This document shows, piece by piece, positions 56,092 through 64,000 of a DNA stretch of 64,000 nt (position 1 is its first letter; each line of letters begins with the position of its first letter). Both the position numbers and the translations under genes were made by a program. Location: NCBI GenBank assembly GCA_041907145.1, contig JAYRHW010000158.1:9399-73398 (forward strand), read 5' to 3'. A model generated the notes under the pieces. That model had not been told where the DNA came from. It saw only the letters and a program-made list of their open reading frames with translations, and searched no databases. The stretch is from Bdellovibrionota bacterium. Lineage in GTDB: Bacteria > Bdellovibrionota_C > UBA2361 > JAFLCA01.

Positions 56092-57306
56092 TTATACTCC
56101 ATACTTCTTTCGCAGACGCTCGAGCAGGTTGCAAGCTTCGGCGGGATTTTCCGTCAACAGCTTCCCGTAATCCACGGTATCATCATTGAACGTGCGGAAA
56201 ATATTAGAGTCCATTTTCCCAGCATCGACCTGAGCTTGAAGCAGCGCATGGATCTCCATTTGCTTCTTAGCAGCATCAACGATAGTGCACGTTGTCCCGC
56301 CGGAGGTCACCGCTTCGATGGCGTAGGTCTTGGGTTGCTCAGCAGCCGCTACACCTCCACCGACTTGCTTCTCGATTAGTGCCTTAATTTCTGTCTGTCC
56401 ATATTGTTCAGCAAGCTGGAGCGGTGCTACGCCGTCCTTGCCGGCCTTGCGAGGATCTGCGCCATTCTCGAGCAAAACTTTTACCACGTCAGCGTTACCA
56501 TCCCTAATCGCTTGCAACAGCGGCGACCCGTCATACTCTAGCTCTTTGTTGGGATCGGCTTTGGCTTTGAGCAATCGTCCCAAAAGATCGGCGTTACTGA
56601 GAACCTCTTGAATTGGAAGTTTTCCGCTGGAAGTCGGAGCATTGGGATCAGCTCCAGCATCAAGCAGGGCCTGCGTCAGTTTAGCGTTCTCCTGATTCAA
56701 GGCGTAGACGAGTGGGGTATAGGCCGCGTTAGAGAGATTTAATTCCGCGCCTGCTTTGGCGAGAATCTTAATCATATCGACCGCCGTCTCTCCTCCGAAT
56801 TGCACCGTCTCAAGGACTAACGAATTATCTTCGGGTAACTTCTTCTTTACATCTGCCCCAGCATCGATAAGCGCCTGTAGAATCTCGGGCTTCTGGCTGC
56901 CAATGGCCATGAGTAAACAGGTTTTTCCATCCTTGGCTACAGCATTTGGATCTGCCTTTGCTTCAAGCAGCACCTTGACGATTTCTGGGAACTGCATATC
57001 AATCGCGCGCATAAGCGGAGTATGTCCAATTCCCTCGTCAGCTAGATTGGGATTAGCTCCACCTTTGAGTAGCGCCTTCACAATATCAACATTGCCGGCC
57101 TGAGCGACCCAACCCAGCACCGGGCGCCCCTGTTCGAGATAGTTGGGGTTAGCACCTTTGGCGAGCAAGCCTTGAACTGCTGGGAGCTCCTGGGAAAGCG
57201 CAGCAAAGTAGAGGTCTTTATCAAGATCGTTTGGCGCAGCATAGACGGGATAAATGGCGGTAAGCACCGCAAGCACCGCCAGAGTCAATATCCGTTTAGC
57301 GTTCAT
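56092..57306 (-). CDS. secreted ankyrin-repeat protein
   Basis: Signal peptide MNAKRILTLAVLAVLTAIYPVYA. About 8 ANK units (G..PL..A......IVKALL..GA(D/N)PN). ~90-aa non-ANK C-terminal domain. Confidence 0.88.
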   Translation of the reverse strand: MNAKRILTLAVLAVLTAIYPVYAAPNDLDKDLYFAALSQELPAVQGLLAKGANPNYLEQGRPVLGWVAQAGNVDIVKALLKGGANPNLADEGIGHTPLMRAIDMQFPEIVKVLLEAKADPNAVAKDGKTCLLMAIGSQKPEILQALIDAGADVKKKLPEDNSLVLETVQFGGETAVDMIKILAKAGAELNLSNAAYTPLVYALNQENAKLTQALLDAGADPNAPTSSGKLPIQEVLSNADLLGRLLKAKADPNKELEYDGSPLLQAIRDGNADVVKVLLENGADPRKAGKDGVAPLQLAEQYGQTEIKALIEKQVGGGVAAAEQPKTYAIEAVTSGGTTCTIVDAAKKQMEIHALLQAQVDAGKMDSNIFRTFNDDTVDYGKLLTENPAEACNLLERLRKKYGV

Positions 57307-57529
57307 TCAAAAATCCTAGGTTAATGTAAAGCGGGCATGTCAAGGCAGTTTGCTGCCAGGAGCGCCGGTTTTCAAGTAGAAATTCTCCAATTCCCCAGCC
57401 CACTTGGAACTTCGTTGTTTATTTTCGCCGTTTTGCGCATTAGCATTCCACCGCACACCAAATTTATAAATTTTATGCTGAGGGCCTGTCCAGCCCTCTA
57501 TGGGTCCGCGACGATTACCCAGGAGAACT

Positions 57530-58048
57530 ATGCCTACTATTCAGGAATGCGAGGTTAGATGTTGGATATGTGAAGCGAGGTATTGGACGCATAGAGTCCT
57601 GAGTTGTAATTCTTTTATGCGTCCCCCTCCCTCCCCTCGTTGCCCTGACTGCGGGGCTTCCCCCCGCTTCTCAAATCACGTGGAGCCTTACCAGGCCGCG
57701 GAACTTTTCGCCTTACTCGTACAGGGAGCCACGCCGGCGAGCATAGCTTCGGAAATCGAACTTGAGGTATACGAGAAGGAGCCACTTGTCGACTGCCTTG
57801 ACTCTTTTAGGGAGATGAGAAACGAGCGTCTCAGCAAAATTCGCAAGGGCTTTAATGGAAAGGTGCCCGAGGCCGTTCGCCCTGGCACTAAGATGTTCTA
57901 CGATGACGCGCTGTTTGCCAGCACCCTGAAGCAAATCGAACAACTTGTACTTGAGCGCATCTCGGCCCGCAGGCGACAAACGCTCATTCCTGAAACCCTG
58001 CATTCCCGAGCACATCCTTCAGAGCTTCCACAAAATCTCCGCGTTTGA
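57530..58048 (+). CDS. hypothetical protein with N-terminal zinc-ribbon-like CxxC...CxxC
   Basis: ATG 57530 preceded by AGGAG. CWICEARYW...CPDCGASPRF. The rest is helical and unassigned. Confidence 0.5.
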   Translation: MPTIQECEVRCWICEARYWTHRVLSCNSFMRPPPSPRCPDCGASPRFSNHVEPYQAAELFALLVQGATPASIASEIELEVYEKEPLVDCLDSFREMRNERLSKIRKGFNGKVPEAVRPGTKMFYDDALFASTLKQIEQLVLERISARRRQTLIPETLHSRAHPSELPQNLRV

Positions 58049-58087
58049 TGGGGCGGTTCTAGGAACTAGGCGCCGTACTTCGCAGTG

Positions 58088-58780
58088 CTAAATACGGGGC
58101 ATGGAGTAAACGTAAACCCGCTCGTCGTGCACTTTGATATGTCCCGCTTCCTCTAGCTCTTGAAGCGCGCGAGTGACTGTCTCTCTTGACGCCCCCACCA
58201 TGCTTGCCAGTGTCTGGTGAGTTGGCCGCTCGGAAATCACCAGAAGCTGTTCGTCATCTTCTTCAACCGGCGAGCTAAGACCAACCAGCACGTGTGCCAC
58301 GCGTACGTTGACATCGCATAGAGCCAAATCAGAGATACGCTCAGTGGCTATTCGCAGCCTTTGCGCCATCGAACGAAGCAGAGCATGGGCCCAATCAGAA
58401 TGCTTGTAGAGAAGTTGCAAAAACGCCTTCTGGGACAATGTAAGCCAGCGGCAATTTGTCAGGCATTCGATATCGGCGGTGCGCGCAGAGTCGATGAGGG
58501 CAGCTATCTCACCCACCATATCGCCGGCTGCAAGCAATCCCAGGATTACCTCTTTGCCCTTGGAGTCGGCGCGGCAAACCTTAGCTCTGCCCCGTAACAG
58601 GAAATGAATTGTCTTCCCTTCCGAGCCGGCTCTGAATAAAAATGCTCCGGCCCTGCTCTCATCGACCGTGGCCTGCGCGGCAATATCCTCAAGAACCGCA
58701 GGCTTCAAACCCGCAAATGCCCGAGTAAGCGGAATATCCGCCGCACTTATTCGCTTTGCGCTACCTTTCATTCCTGCCAC
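58088..58780 (-). CDS. Crp/Fnr-family cyclic-nucleotide-binding transcriptional regulator
   Basis: cNMP-binding fold with VGEIAAL...SARTADIEC. C-terminal HTH SRETVTRALQELEEAGHI. Confidence 0.88.
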   Translation of the reverse strand: MAGMKGSAKRISAADIPLTRAFAGLKPAVLEDIAAQATVDESRAGAFLFRAGSEGKTIHFLLRGRAKVCRADSKGKEVILGLLAAGDMVGEIAALIDSARTADIECLTNCRWLTLSQKAFLQLLYKHSDWAHALLRSMAQRLRIATERISDLALCDVNVRVAHVLVGLSSPVEEDDEQLLVISERPTHQTLASMVGASRETVTRALQELEEAGHIKVHDERVYVYSMPRI

Positions 58781-58806
58781 CTCGTAAAGGGCACCTGCAA
58801 GAGATG

Positions 58807-60066
58807 TTACATGCCCGCCAGGACTGTAACCATGAGATTTCGTGGGTCAACCTGCCTGGCCATTTCCTCGATTCTGCTCGTCAGACTGTGCACACTTACC
58901 CGCCCCTGCCAACGCGCGTCGGCGGGAGCATCCCCTGTCGGCTCGATAAAGGCATAGAGCTCGTCCGTGCCAACGGACTCAGCGAGCTCCGCCGCGCAAT
59001 GACATACGATCGAAGCCGGTGCAGTACAGAGCGGCAGCTTAATTTCGCCCCCCACTGCGCGCAGCGCCATAGGCATCGGGGTTAGTGCAAGCTTCTCAGT
59101 TCCGACCTGTGAGACTGAGTGCAAAATTCCACCTTGCCTCAAAACTCTCCTAGCTTCGGCAATGGCTTCGGGCGCTGAATCATTCAGCACTACCTCGTCG
59201 GCGCTTCCATCCGGTAATGGAATGACTTTGGCCGCGCCCGGCACAACGAGCTGCACTTCTCCCTGGCCTGTCGATTTGATCAAAGCCTGGCAGAGATTCT
59301 CTCGATCTCGCTCTGAGGCTTGCACCCCGATCCACATGCTTTTTTGCGCAGAGTGCCAGCGCCGCATTGTCTGACCGGGCTCTAATATCTCGACAACGAT
59401 GGGACGCTGATTCTCATAGGCCTCATGCCAACTTCTTGCGATATTTCCCAATGCACTGGTGTGCCAGCTTGATCGCCCTTGCTCATCCTGCGCCGCCGGG
59501 GTCAATTGCAGCATTGGCCATAAGAATAGCCCCAAGTATTGGAAGCCCCGCGGCAACCATTCCTTAAACGGCACTGCCTGGCCCGAACGCAGCATTGCTT
59601 CCTCGTACAAGCTCTGTGTATTTGCAGAGAAGTGCTCATAGCTCGATGGAAGGTTCGAGAGATCACTTACCCGAGCCACGATTTCCTCTGGCGTCGTTGG
59701 GCGGTAGAGAGGACTGGTGGCCAGCGCCACTCGCTCTGCTCGTCTGGCAGTCAGCTCCGGCAGTCCTCGGTCCTTGGCAAATTGATAGGCCAACTTACCG
59801 GCAAGTTCCTCGGCAACCCGGAAGCCCAGAAGCTCGGGCTTGATATGCATGAGCGCGTCATGCAGCCCAAGACCGATATCCAGCGCTTGCGCATCGACAT
59901 GAATGCCATTTTGCCGCAGCCGTTCGCAAAACTGCCGCGCAAAATCTCTGACATCCGCTGGATGGGATATGCCGTGATAGGGCATTCGTGAATTTGGCAG
60001 ATACGTTGCTGCCATCAGTTCCTGCAATTCATCGCGTTGTCCTTGTGCTGTTACTGGCGAATTCAT
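58807..60066 (-). CDS. HD-superfamily (PDE-like) phosphohydrolase domain fused to a degenerate SAM-methyltransferase-like domain
   Basis: N-terminus PYHGISHPADV...(~35 aa)...GLHDALMH (H-x3-H ... HD). C-terminal half has DEVVLNDSAPEAIAEARRVLRQGGIL but no glycine-rich SAM loop. AAGGAG lies 6 nt before the ATG. Confidence 0.55.
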   Translation of the reverse strand: MNSPVTAQGQRDELQELMAATYLPNSRMPYHGISHPADVRDFARQFCERLRQNGIHVDAQALDIGLGLHDALMHIKPELLGFRVAEELAGKLAYQFAKDRGLPELTARRAERVALATSPLYRPTTPEEIVARVSDLSNLPSSYEHFSANTQSLYEEAMLRSGQAVPFKEWLPRGFQYLGLFLWPMLQLTPAAQDEQGRSSWHTSALGNIARSWHEAYENQRPIVVEILEPGQTMRRWHSAQKSMWIGVQASERDRENLCQALIKSTGQGEVQLVVPGAAKVIPLPDGSADEVVLNDSAPEAIAEARRVLRQGGILHSVSQVGTEKLALTPMPMALRAVGGEIKLPLCTAPASIVCHCAAELAESVGTDELYAFIEPTGDAPADARWQGRVSVHSLTSRIEEMARQVDPRNLMVTVLAGM

Positions 60067-60126
60067 ATTTCACTCCTTGTTTAGTGCCTCAAGTATAGTG
60101 AGCAGGCCGACCTTCAACCTCGGCTC

Positions 60127-60142
60127 TGTGATCCGCATCACC
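60127..60142. promoter_or_regulatory. CRP-type palindrome TGTGA-N6-TCACc upstream of the HD/Crp operon
   Basis: tgtgatccgcatcacc matches 9/10 of the TGTGA-N6-TCACA half-sites. It lies about 60 nt upstream of ATG 60066. On the coding strand it is followed after 29 nt by TATACT. Confidence 0.45.
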
Positions 60143-60437
60143 AAAAATCATAAACTTTGAATAGGATGTAGGGCTTAGCAACTAATTCGGCAGATAGGCC
60201 TTGACTGCGACAAAACGCGGCGTGCCGCGCCTCACATTGCGCCCATTTTCAGCGAGTCCGCGCGGAATAAGAAAATTGCCAATGATTTTGGGACTGGTAT
60301 CTTGAGGAACATTTATTTGTGAGTAAGGTGCGACTCGTATCCTGGGCTTCAGACTACTTCATTGTCTGGATCCCCAACGCCGACTTTCGCTCTCGTGGTG
60401 CTAGCTGCCCTGCTAGCCTCGAGCTCAGTCCACTTCG

Positions 60438-63080
60438 CTAGTCATCATCAATCAGGCCCTGGTCAGCTAAGATATCGCTCATTGTCTGCGCCAGGTCGTC
60501 ATCTGGATCGAGAGAGTCCTCAAGCTCGGCAAACTCGTCGGCAATCGTATCAAGGGTATCTTTAATATCGCCGTTCTCCACAGCCTCAAAAAGCCGCTCG
60601 GCAATTTCTTCGCACATCTTTCTAGCATCATCACCAAAGGTATCGGTTAGAGCGCTGCAAAGGGAATTGAGAGATTGCTCCCGGTCTCGGGCTGCCTCGA
60701 GTTCGGCATAGGTTTGCAATGGAGACTCGCCATGGTCGTCCTCGTCCTCGACGTAGCTCGATGCCTTTCTCTCTTTGAGTTCCTCGACAAACTCCTGCAT
60801 GGCTGCCGTATCATTCGGATCTGGAATTTCACGATAGAGTACCCGTAGACCCTTGGCAGCTCGACTAACTGAGATTACTGGAACATCGAGGCTATCGAGG
60901 TTAACTCCCTGCGTCTCAAGGTAGGCCTCGGTCTGCCGAAGCTTGGCGGCAAGGGCGGTATTCGTCTTAGCCAGAGTTCTAAACCCATCACGGTCAAGTA
61001 GGCAGGCTGCGAAGCAAGAAGCAAAGTCACTCTGAAAACTGTCTGCTCCAATCGGATGCACAAAATTTGCGGGTTGCGGTACTAGCTCCCCCCGTAAGAA
61101 CGAAACGCCCTCTGCAAAGAGCTCTGCTTCGTCCTTGGCTTCCGCTAACTTGCTGCGGATGTCCTCGGGCGAGGTAACTGCCGCATAACGAATCTTGGAC
61201 CAAAATCGTTTATCAGGCATTTCATGCCAGACCGAAAGCCCCACGGCATGGGCGATCAGAAATGCTCGCTCCTCCCTACCTGCCGCTGCAGTATGGGAAA
61301 ACGGCACTTCCTTGAGCTCCGTAATGGTAATACATCCTGACTCGGGATTGAGTGTCGTTCGGCAGGTGCTAAGCTGATCCGCAGCGCCGCTAGACATTAT
61401 GCTGCGCTGCACTTTGTCGAGCGAACGAACATTGCGCAGCAACTCCTTACCAAGGCGCTCAAAGACCGCCTGCACCTGCTGCATCTCCTCTGAACTTAGC
61501 TTTAGGCGGGTCTGCACTGCGGCGGGACCGGAGACTTCGGAGCCCACTGTCCCAAGGTGCCCCTGTATTTCTCGCTCGGCAAGCCCAAGCACGCTCACAC
61601 CAAAGCGCCGATGGATATCGAGAGCACTCTCCTCAATCAACGAACATCGATCCTTCAACCCCAACTCGGCTGCTGGCTCAGAAACTAAGTCGCCAAAGAG
61701 CGCAGTCTGGACTCGTACGGTTAATTCTCGCTGAATTGTCTGCATCGTTCTATTACTATCCGAACTTGCCACCTGCTCGGAAAACAGCGCCTGCCGCATC
61801 ACTTGATAGCACTCGAAGTCGAGTGGGCAAACTTCAACGATTCTCGCATCCCTTTCATCGGCGAAGAGGAGATTAGGCCCAGCGAACAGTATCTTCCCGT
61901 GGAAGGGCTGGTCCTGGAGTAGACAGGCAGGGACGTCGTGAAGAATCCCAATAAGGCCCACAAGCTCATGAACCGAAACTTGCTCTCCACTGTCATGCCG
62001 CAACCGGGCGCGAACGATACGGTCAGTAATCTGAGACTCCTCTGCCACGTAAAGCAGTCGTGCCTCTGCGCTCAATCCCCGAACGTCGTCCGCTATCGAC
62101 CGCAGCCGCTCTGACGCACTATCTGCCCTGGGCTCCGAAATGGCTGTGCGGTTGAGGGCCGCCTGCTGAATTCTACCCACACCGACCGACAGGCTCTCGG
62201 CAGTCTGCTCTCTTAACAGCTCTATAAGTCTGGGAGCCTCAATAACCAGGGGCACGAGCTCGCTAAGCTTGGACTCAATTTCTGGACGATACGGGGTAAT
62301 TTCACAGTCGTCAGGATTAGTGATGCTTGTTTTACCGCCATCGCTGGCAGCACCCAAGTGAGAGAGATCCGTTCCAAAGCTGATACCGTCCACTCGCATT
62401 TCAAGTTGCATCGGCGTTTCAGGCAAGCTGGACTTGGCCATCTCTCTGGCCGTCTCCGGATCGTGCCGAGCAATCGCAGTCCGCGAATCGAATCCGGTCG
62501 AACAAGTGAGGTACGTCGTCGGAATTCTCTTCAGGAGAGGCAGGAAGCAAATTTCTGTCAGGGTGAGATTGGGAAACAGCGCGCGAGCGTCCCGGACGGT
62601 CTCGCAAGGCAAGTCGGCACTGGAGCTTGTCCAGCGATCCAGACAGGCAAGCCCCGCTTCGAGGGAACATTTGCTGGCAAGATCTGCGACTAGACTCTCA
62701 CGAATGGCAACAAGGCCATTTGCGCGACGCAAATCTTCCAAAGGAGTCCGTGAAATTGCGTTCAGAGAATGCCCCACTAGGGCGTGCTCGGCGATGCGGG
62801 GAGCCAGGGCATTTGTAGCGGCCGCTACCTCCGTTGTACTAGAATTTGTTTCATCTAGCCTATCACGACGAAGCACATGCCTACCCGCACGCTCGCGATC
62901 GATCCAGCCTTGTACGATCTCGCGCGCCTCAGAATGAGTCGCGGCCATGAGCGCCGCTCGTTCACCAAGTCCGCCGAGATCAGTTCTAATCGCAAGCCCG
63001 TTATCGGAACGCTCTACGCGCGCCAGTGCAGAGTCAATGGAGCTCGCCAAGGGATCAACCTTGGGAATGCTGGATGCCAT
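60438..63080 (-). CDS. large hypothetical protein (880 aa) with strongly acidic C-terminal tail
   Basis: Long uninterrupted ORF, no signal peptide or TM helix, no SD before ATG 63080. Tail DEFAELEDSLDPDDDLAQTMSDILADQGLIDDD. No family recognised. Confidence 0.6.
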   Translation of the reverse strand: MASSIPKVDPLASSIDSALARVERSDNGLAIRTDLGGLGERAALMAATHSEAREIVQGWIDRERAGRHVLRRDRLDETNSSTTEVAAATNALAPRIAEHALVGHSLNAISRTPLEDLRRANGLVAIRESLVADLASKCSLEAGLACLDRWTSSSADLPCETVRDARALFPNLTLTEICFLPLLKRIPTTYLTCSTGFDSRTAIARHDPETAREMAKSSLPETPMQLEMRVDGISFGTDLSHLGAASDGGKTSITNPDDCEITPYRPEIESKLSELVPLVIEAPRLIELLREQTAESLSVGVGRIQQAALNRTAISEPRADSASERLRSIADDVRGLSAEARLLYVAEESQITDRIVRARLRHDSGEQVSVHELVGLIGILHDVPACLLQDQPFHGKILFAGPNLLFADERDARIVEVCPLDFECYQVMRQALFSEQVASSDSNRTMQTIQRELTVRVQTALFGDLVSEPAAELGLKDRCSLIEESALDIHRRFGVSVLGLAEREIQGHLGTVGSEVSGPAAVQTRLKLSSEEMQQVQAVFERLGKELLRNVRSLDKVQRSIMSSGAADQLSTCRTTLNPESGCITITELKEVPFSHTAAAGREERAFLIAHAVGLSVWHEMPDKRFWSKIRYAAVTSPEDIRSKLAEAKDEAELFAEGVSFLRGELVPQPANFVHPIGADSFQSDFASCFAACLLDRDGFRTLAKTNTALAAKLRQTEAYLETQGVNLDSLDVPVISVSRAAKGLRVLYREIPDPNDTAAMQEFVEELKERKASSYVEDEDDHGESPLQTYAELEAARDREQSLNSLCSALTDTFGDDARKMCEEIAERLFEAVENGDIKDTLDTIADEFAELEDSLDPDDDLAQTMSDILADQGLIDDD

Positions 63081-63323
63081 AGTGACAACGCGGAAGTGCC
63101 CTCAATTCGCCTTGGTATTGTTATTGAGCGCCCCCGCGTTGATGTTTCAGCGCTAGATTTACACTGTAATATCGACAGATTACGCCTGGGAACGGGGTCG
63201 CTATTGGGCCCTGACTCCTTACCCTACGGCAGGCAGAGAAGCTCAAAGACAAGCTGAACCTCAGAGCGTCGGTCCGCATTAGCTGACTGACGAATGCCTT
63301 CACACCGAAGTAGATTTCTTGTG

Positions 63324-63860
63324 CTACGGAAGATCTATCGCTACCGTCCAAGCCCCCGGCCCCTCGGCCTTGATAAACATCGGCACACCAGGGTTAGAGA
63401 ATGGAACTGTAGCAGAGCCCGCGCTCGAGATTTCGACGAGCTTGCTGATTCGCTGTCCCGAACTGGCGTTCATGATTTTTATTTCAAAATCTCCGCCGCC
63501 GGGGAAACTATACGTTACAGTGCCCCCGCTAAGAGCGCTAAATACGACACTGCTCTTCTGGCCCGGCCCGCTTAAATTGTAATCTCCTGATCCGCCAGAT
63601 GGAGTGCCGCTTGGGGTCGGAGTTGCGGAGCAAAGGGCAGGACTATCATCAAAGGAGAACGACTGGTAACCCGCCCGGCGCGCATTTCTGCGCTCGGAAT
63701 AGCAATGGTACTTCGCTCTTGATTCGGAAAACTTTCCAGTCTGACGATCGACGATGACCGGACAGCTAACTCGGCGCGGGCTGGACTCGGCAACTGCCTG
63801 CCCTCTAGTTACCAAAGTTACCCCTAGGGAAAACAGAACTGCCAATCTCGGAATTCGCAT
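63324..63860 (-). CDS. small secreted protein with beta-sandwich-like C-terminal domain
   Basis: ATG 63860 preceded by GGGAGG. Signal peptide MRIPRLAVLFSLGVTLVTRGQAVA. T/P/S/G linker, then a beta-rich ~90 aa that might be PPC-like (guess only). Confidence 0.5.
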   Translation of the reverse strand: MRIPRLAVLFSLGVTLVTRGQAVAESSPRRVSCPVIVDRQTGKFSESRAKYHCYSERRNARRAGYQSFSFDDSPALCSATPTPSGTPSGGSGDYNLSGPGQKSSVVFSALSGGTVTYSFPGGGDFEIKIMNASSGQRISKLVEISSAGSATVPFSNPGVPMFIKAEGPGAWTVAIDLP

Positions 63861-64000
63861 AATCCCTCCCAAACCGTCGATCTAATGTTGCTATAGGAAA
63901 CGGTAGTCTACAACTCAAAGTCGAGAACTACCAGACAAACGGGCATATTTAGGGAAACGCGTACAAGCCCCGAACAGCAGGCAATACCGTCAGGGCTATC

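Noticed and set aside
60185-60350. About 55-codon open stretch on the minus strand of the 370-bp gap (…NVPQDTSPKIIGNFLIPRGLAENGRNVRRGTPRFVAVKAYLPN) that looks protein-like
   Set aside because: It has no start codon or SD, is below the length where openness is unusual at this GC, and has no recognisable motif. It cannot be distinguished from chance.
61900-62400. Walker-A-like string A-ASDG-GKT in the 880-aa orphan (LGAASDGGKTSITNPDD)
   Set aside because: It is not preceded by a hydrophobic strand or followed by a helix-forming segment, and no Walker B or other NTPase motifs were found. It is likely a chance match to a short pattern. The coordinates are only approximate.
62488-62497. 10-nt identity (tcgaatccgg) to the T-arm/3' part of tRNA-Cys, a possible distal att site of an island
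   Set aside because: It is only 10 nt with non-matching flanks, lies inside a long CDS, and a match of this length is plausibly chance in 64 kb on two strands.

Overview
Chromosomal segment of a diderm (Gram-negative-type) bacterium of moderate GC. The lineage cannot be assigned from sequence alone. I support about 55 protein genes, one tRNA-Cys(GCA), two decayed IS5-family copies and one histidine-kinase remnant. Housekeeping blocks: rlmC / acyl-CoA synthetase / trmJ-like; tag; a DEAD-box helicase; purC; def-fmt-rpe-plsY; clpX; tlyA; lspA; mltD; dacB; a 7Fe ferredoxin. Accessory or unusual content: (i) a 2933-aa cyclic beta-1,2-glucan synthase (GT84+GH94). (ii) Next to it, an LVIVD-repeat/IPT surface protein bracketed exactly by two inverted, complementary deletion derivatives of one IS5-family element. 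(iii) A six-gene minus-strand operon: WD40 lipoprotein, lspA, three paralogous glycine-zipper/coiled-coil lipoproteins (no tail, TPR tail, OmpA tail), tlyA. (iv) A DEAD-box paralogue that keeps only the RecA2 domain, an RG/RD repeat and a DbpA-type RNA-binding domain. (v) A ~1.1 kb insert, lower in GC by eye, with two 8-Cys secreted proteins between 19/21-identical hairpin repeats at the clpX/tlyA junction. (vi) Downstream of tRNA-Cys, a patchwork of orphan genes: a kinase remnant, a secreted ankyrin protein, a Crp-family regulator co-transcribed with an HD(PDE-like)/methyltransferase-like fusion behind a near-consensus CRP box, and an 880-aa acidic-tailed orphan. I saw no CRISPR array, phage genes, integrase or recognisable defence genes. 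The best candidates for an undescribed system are (iii), (vi) and (iv); all functional statements about them are inference from motifs read by eye. No database search was possible.
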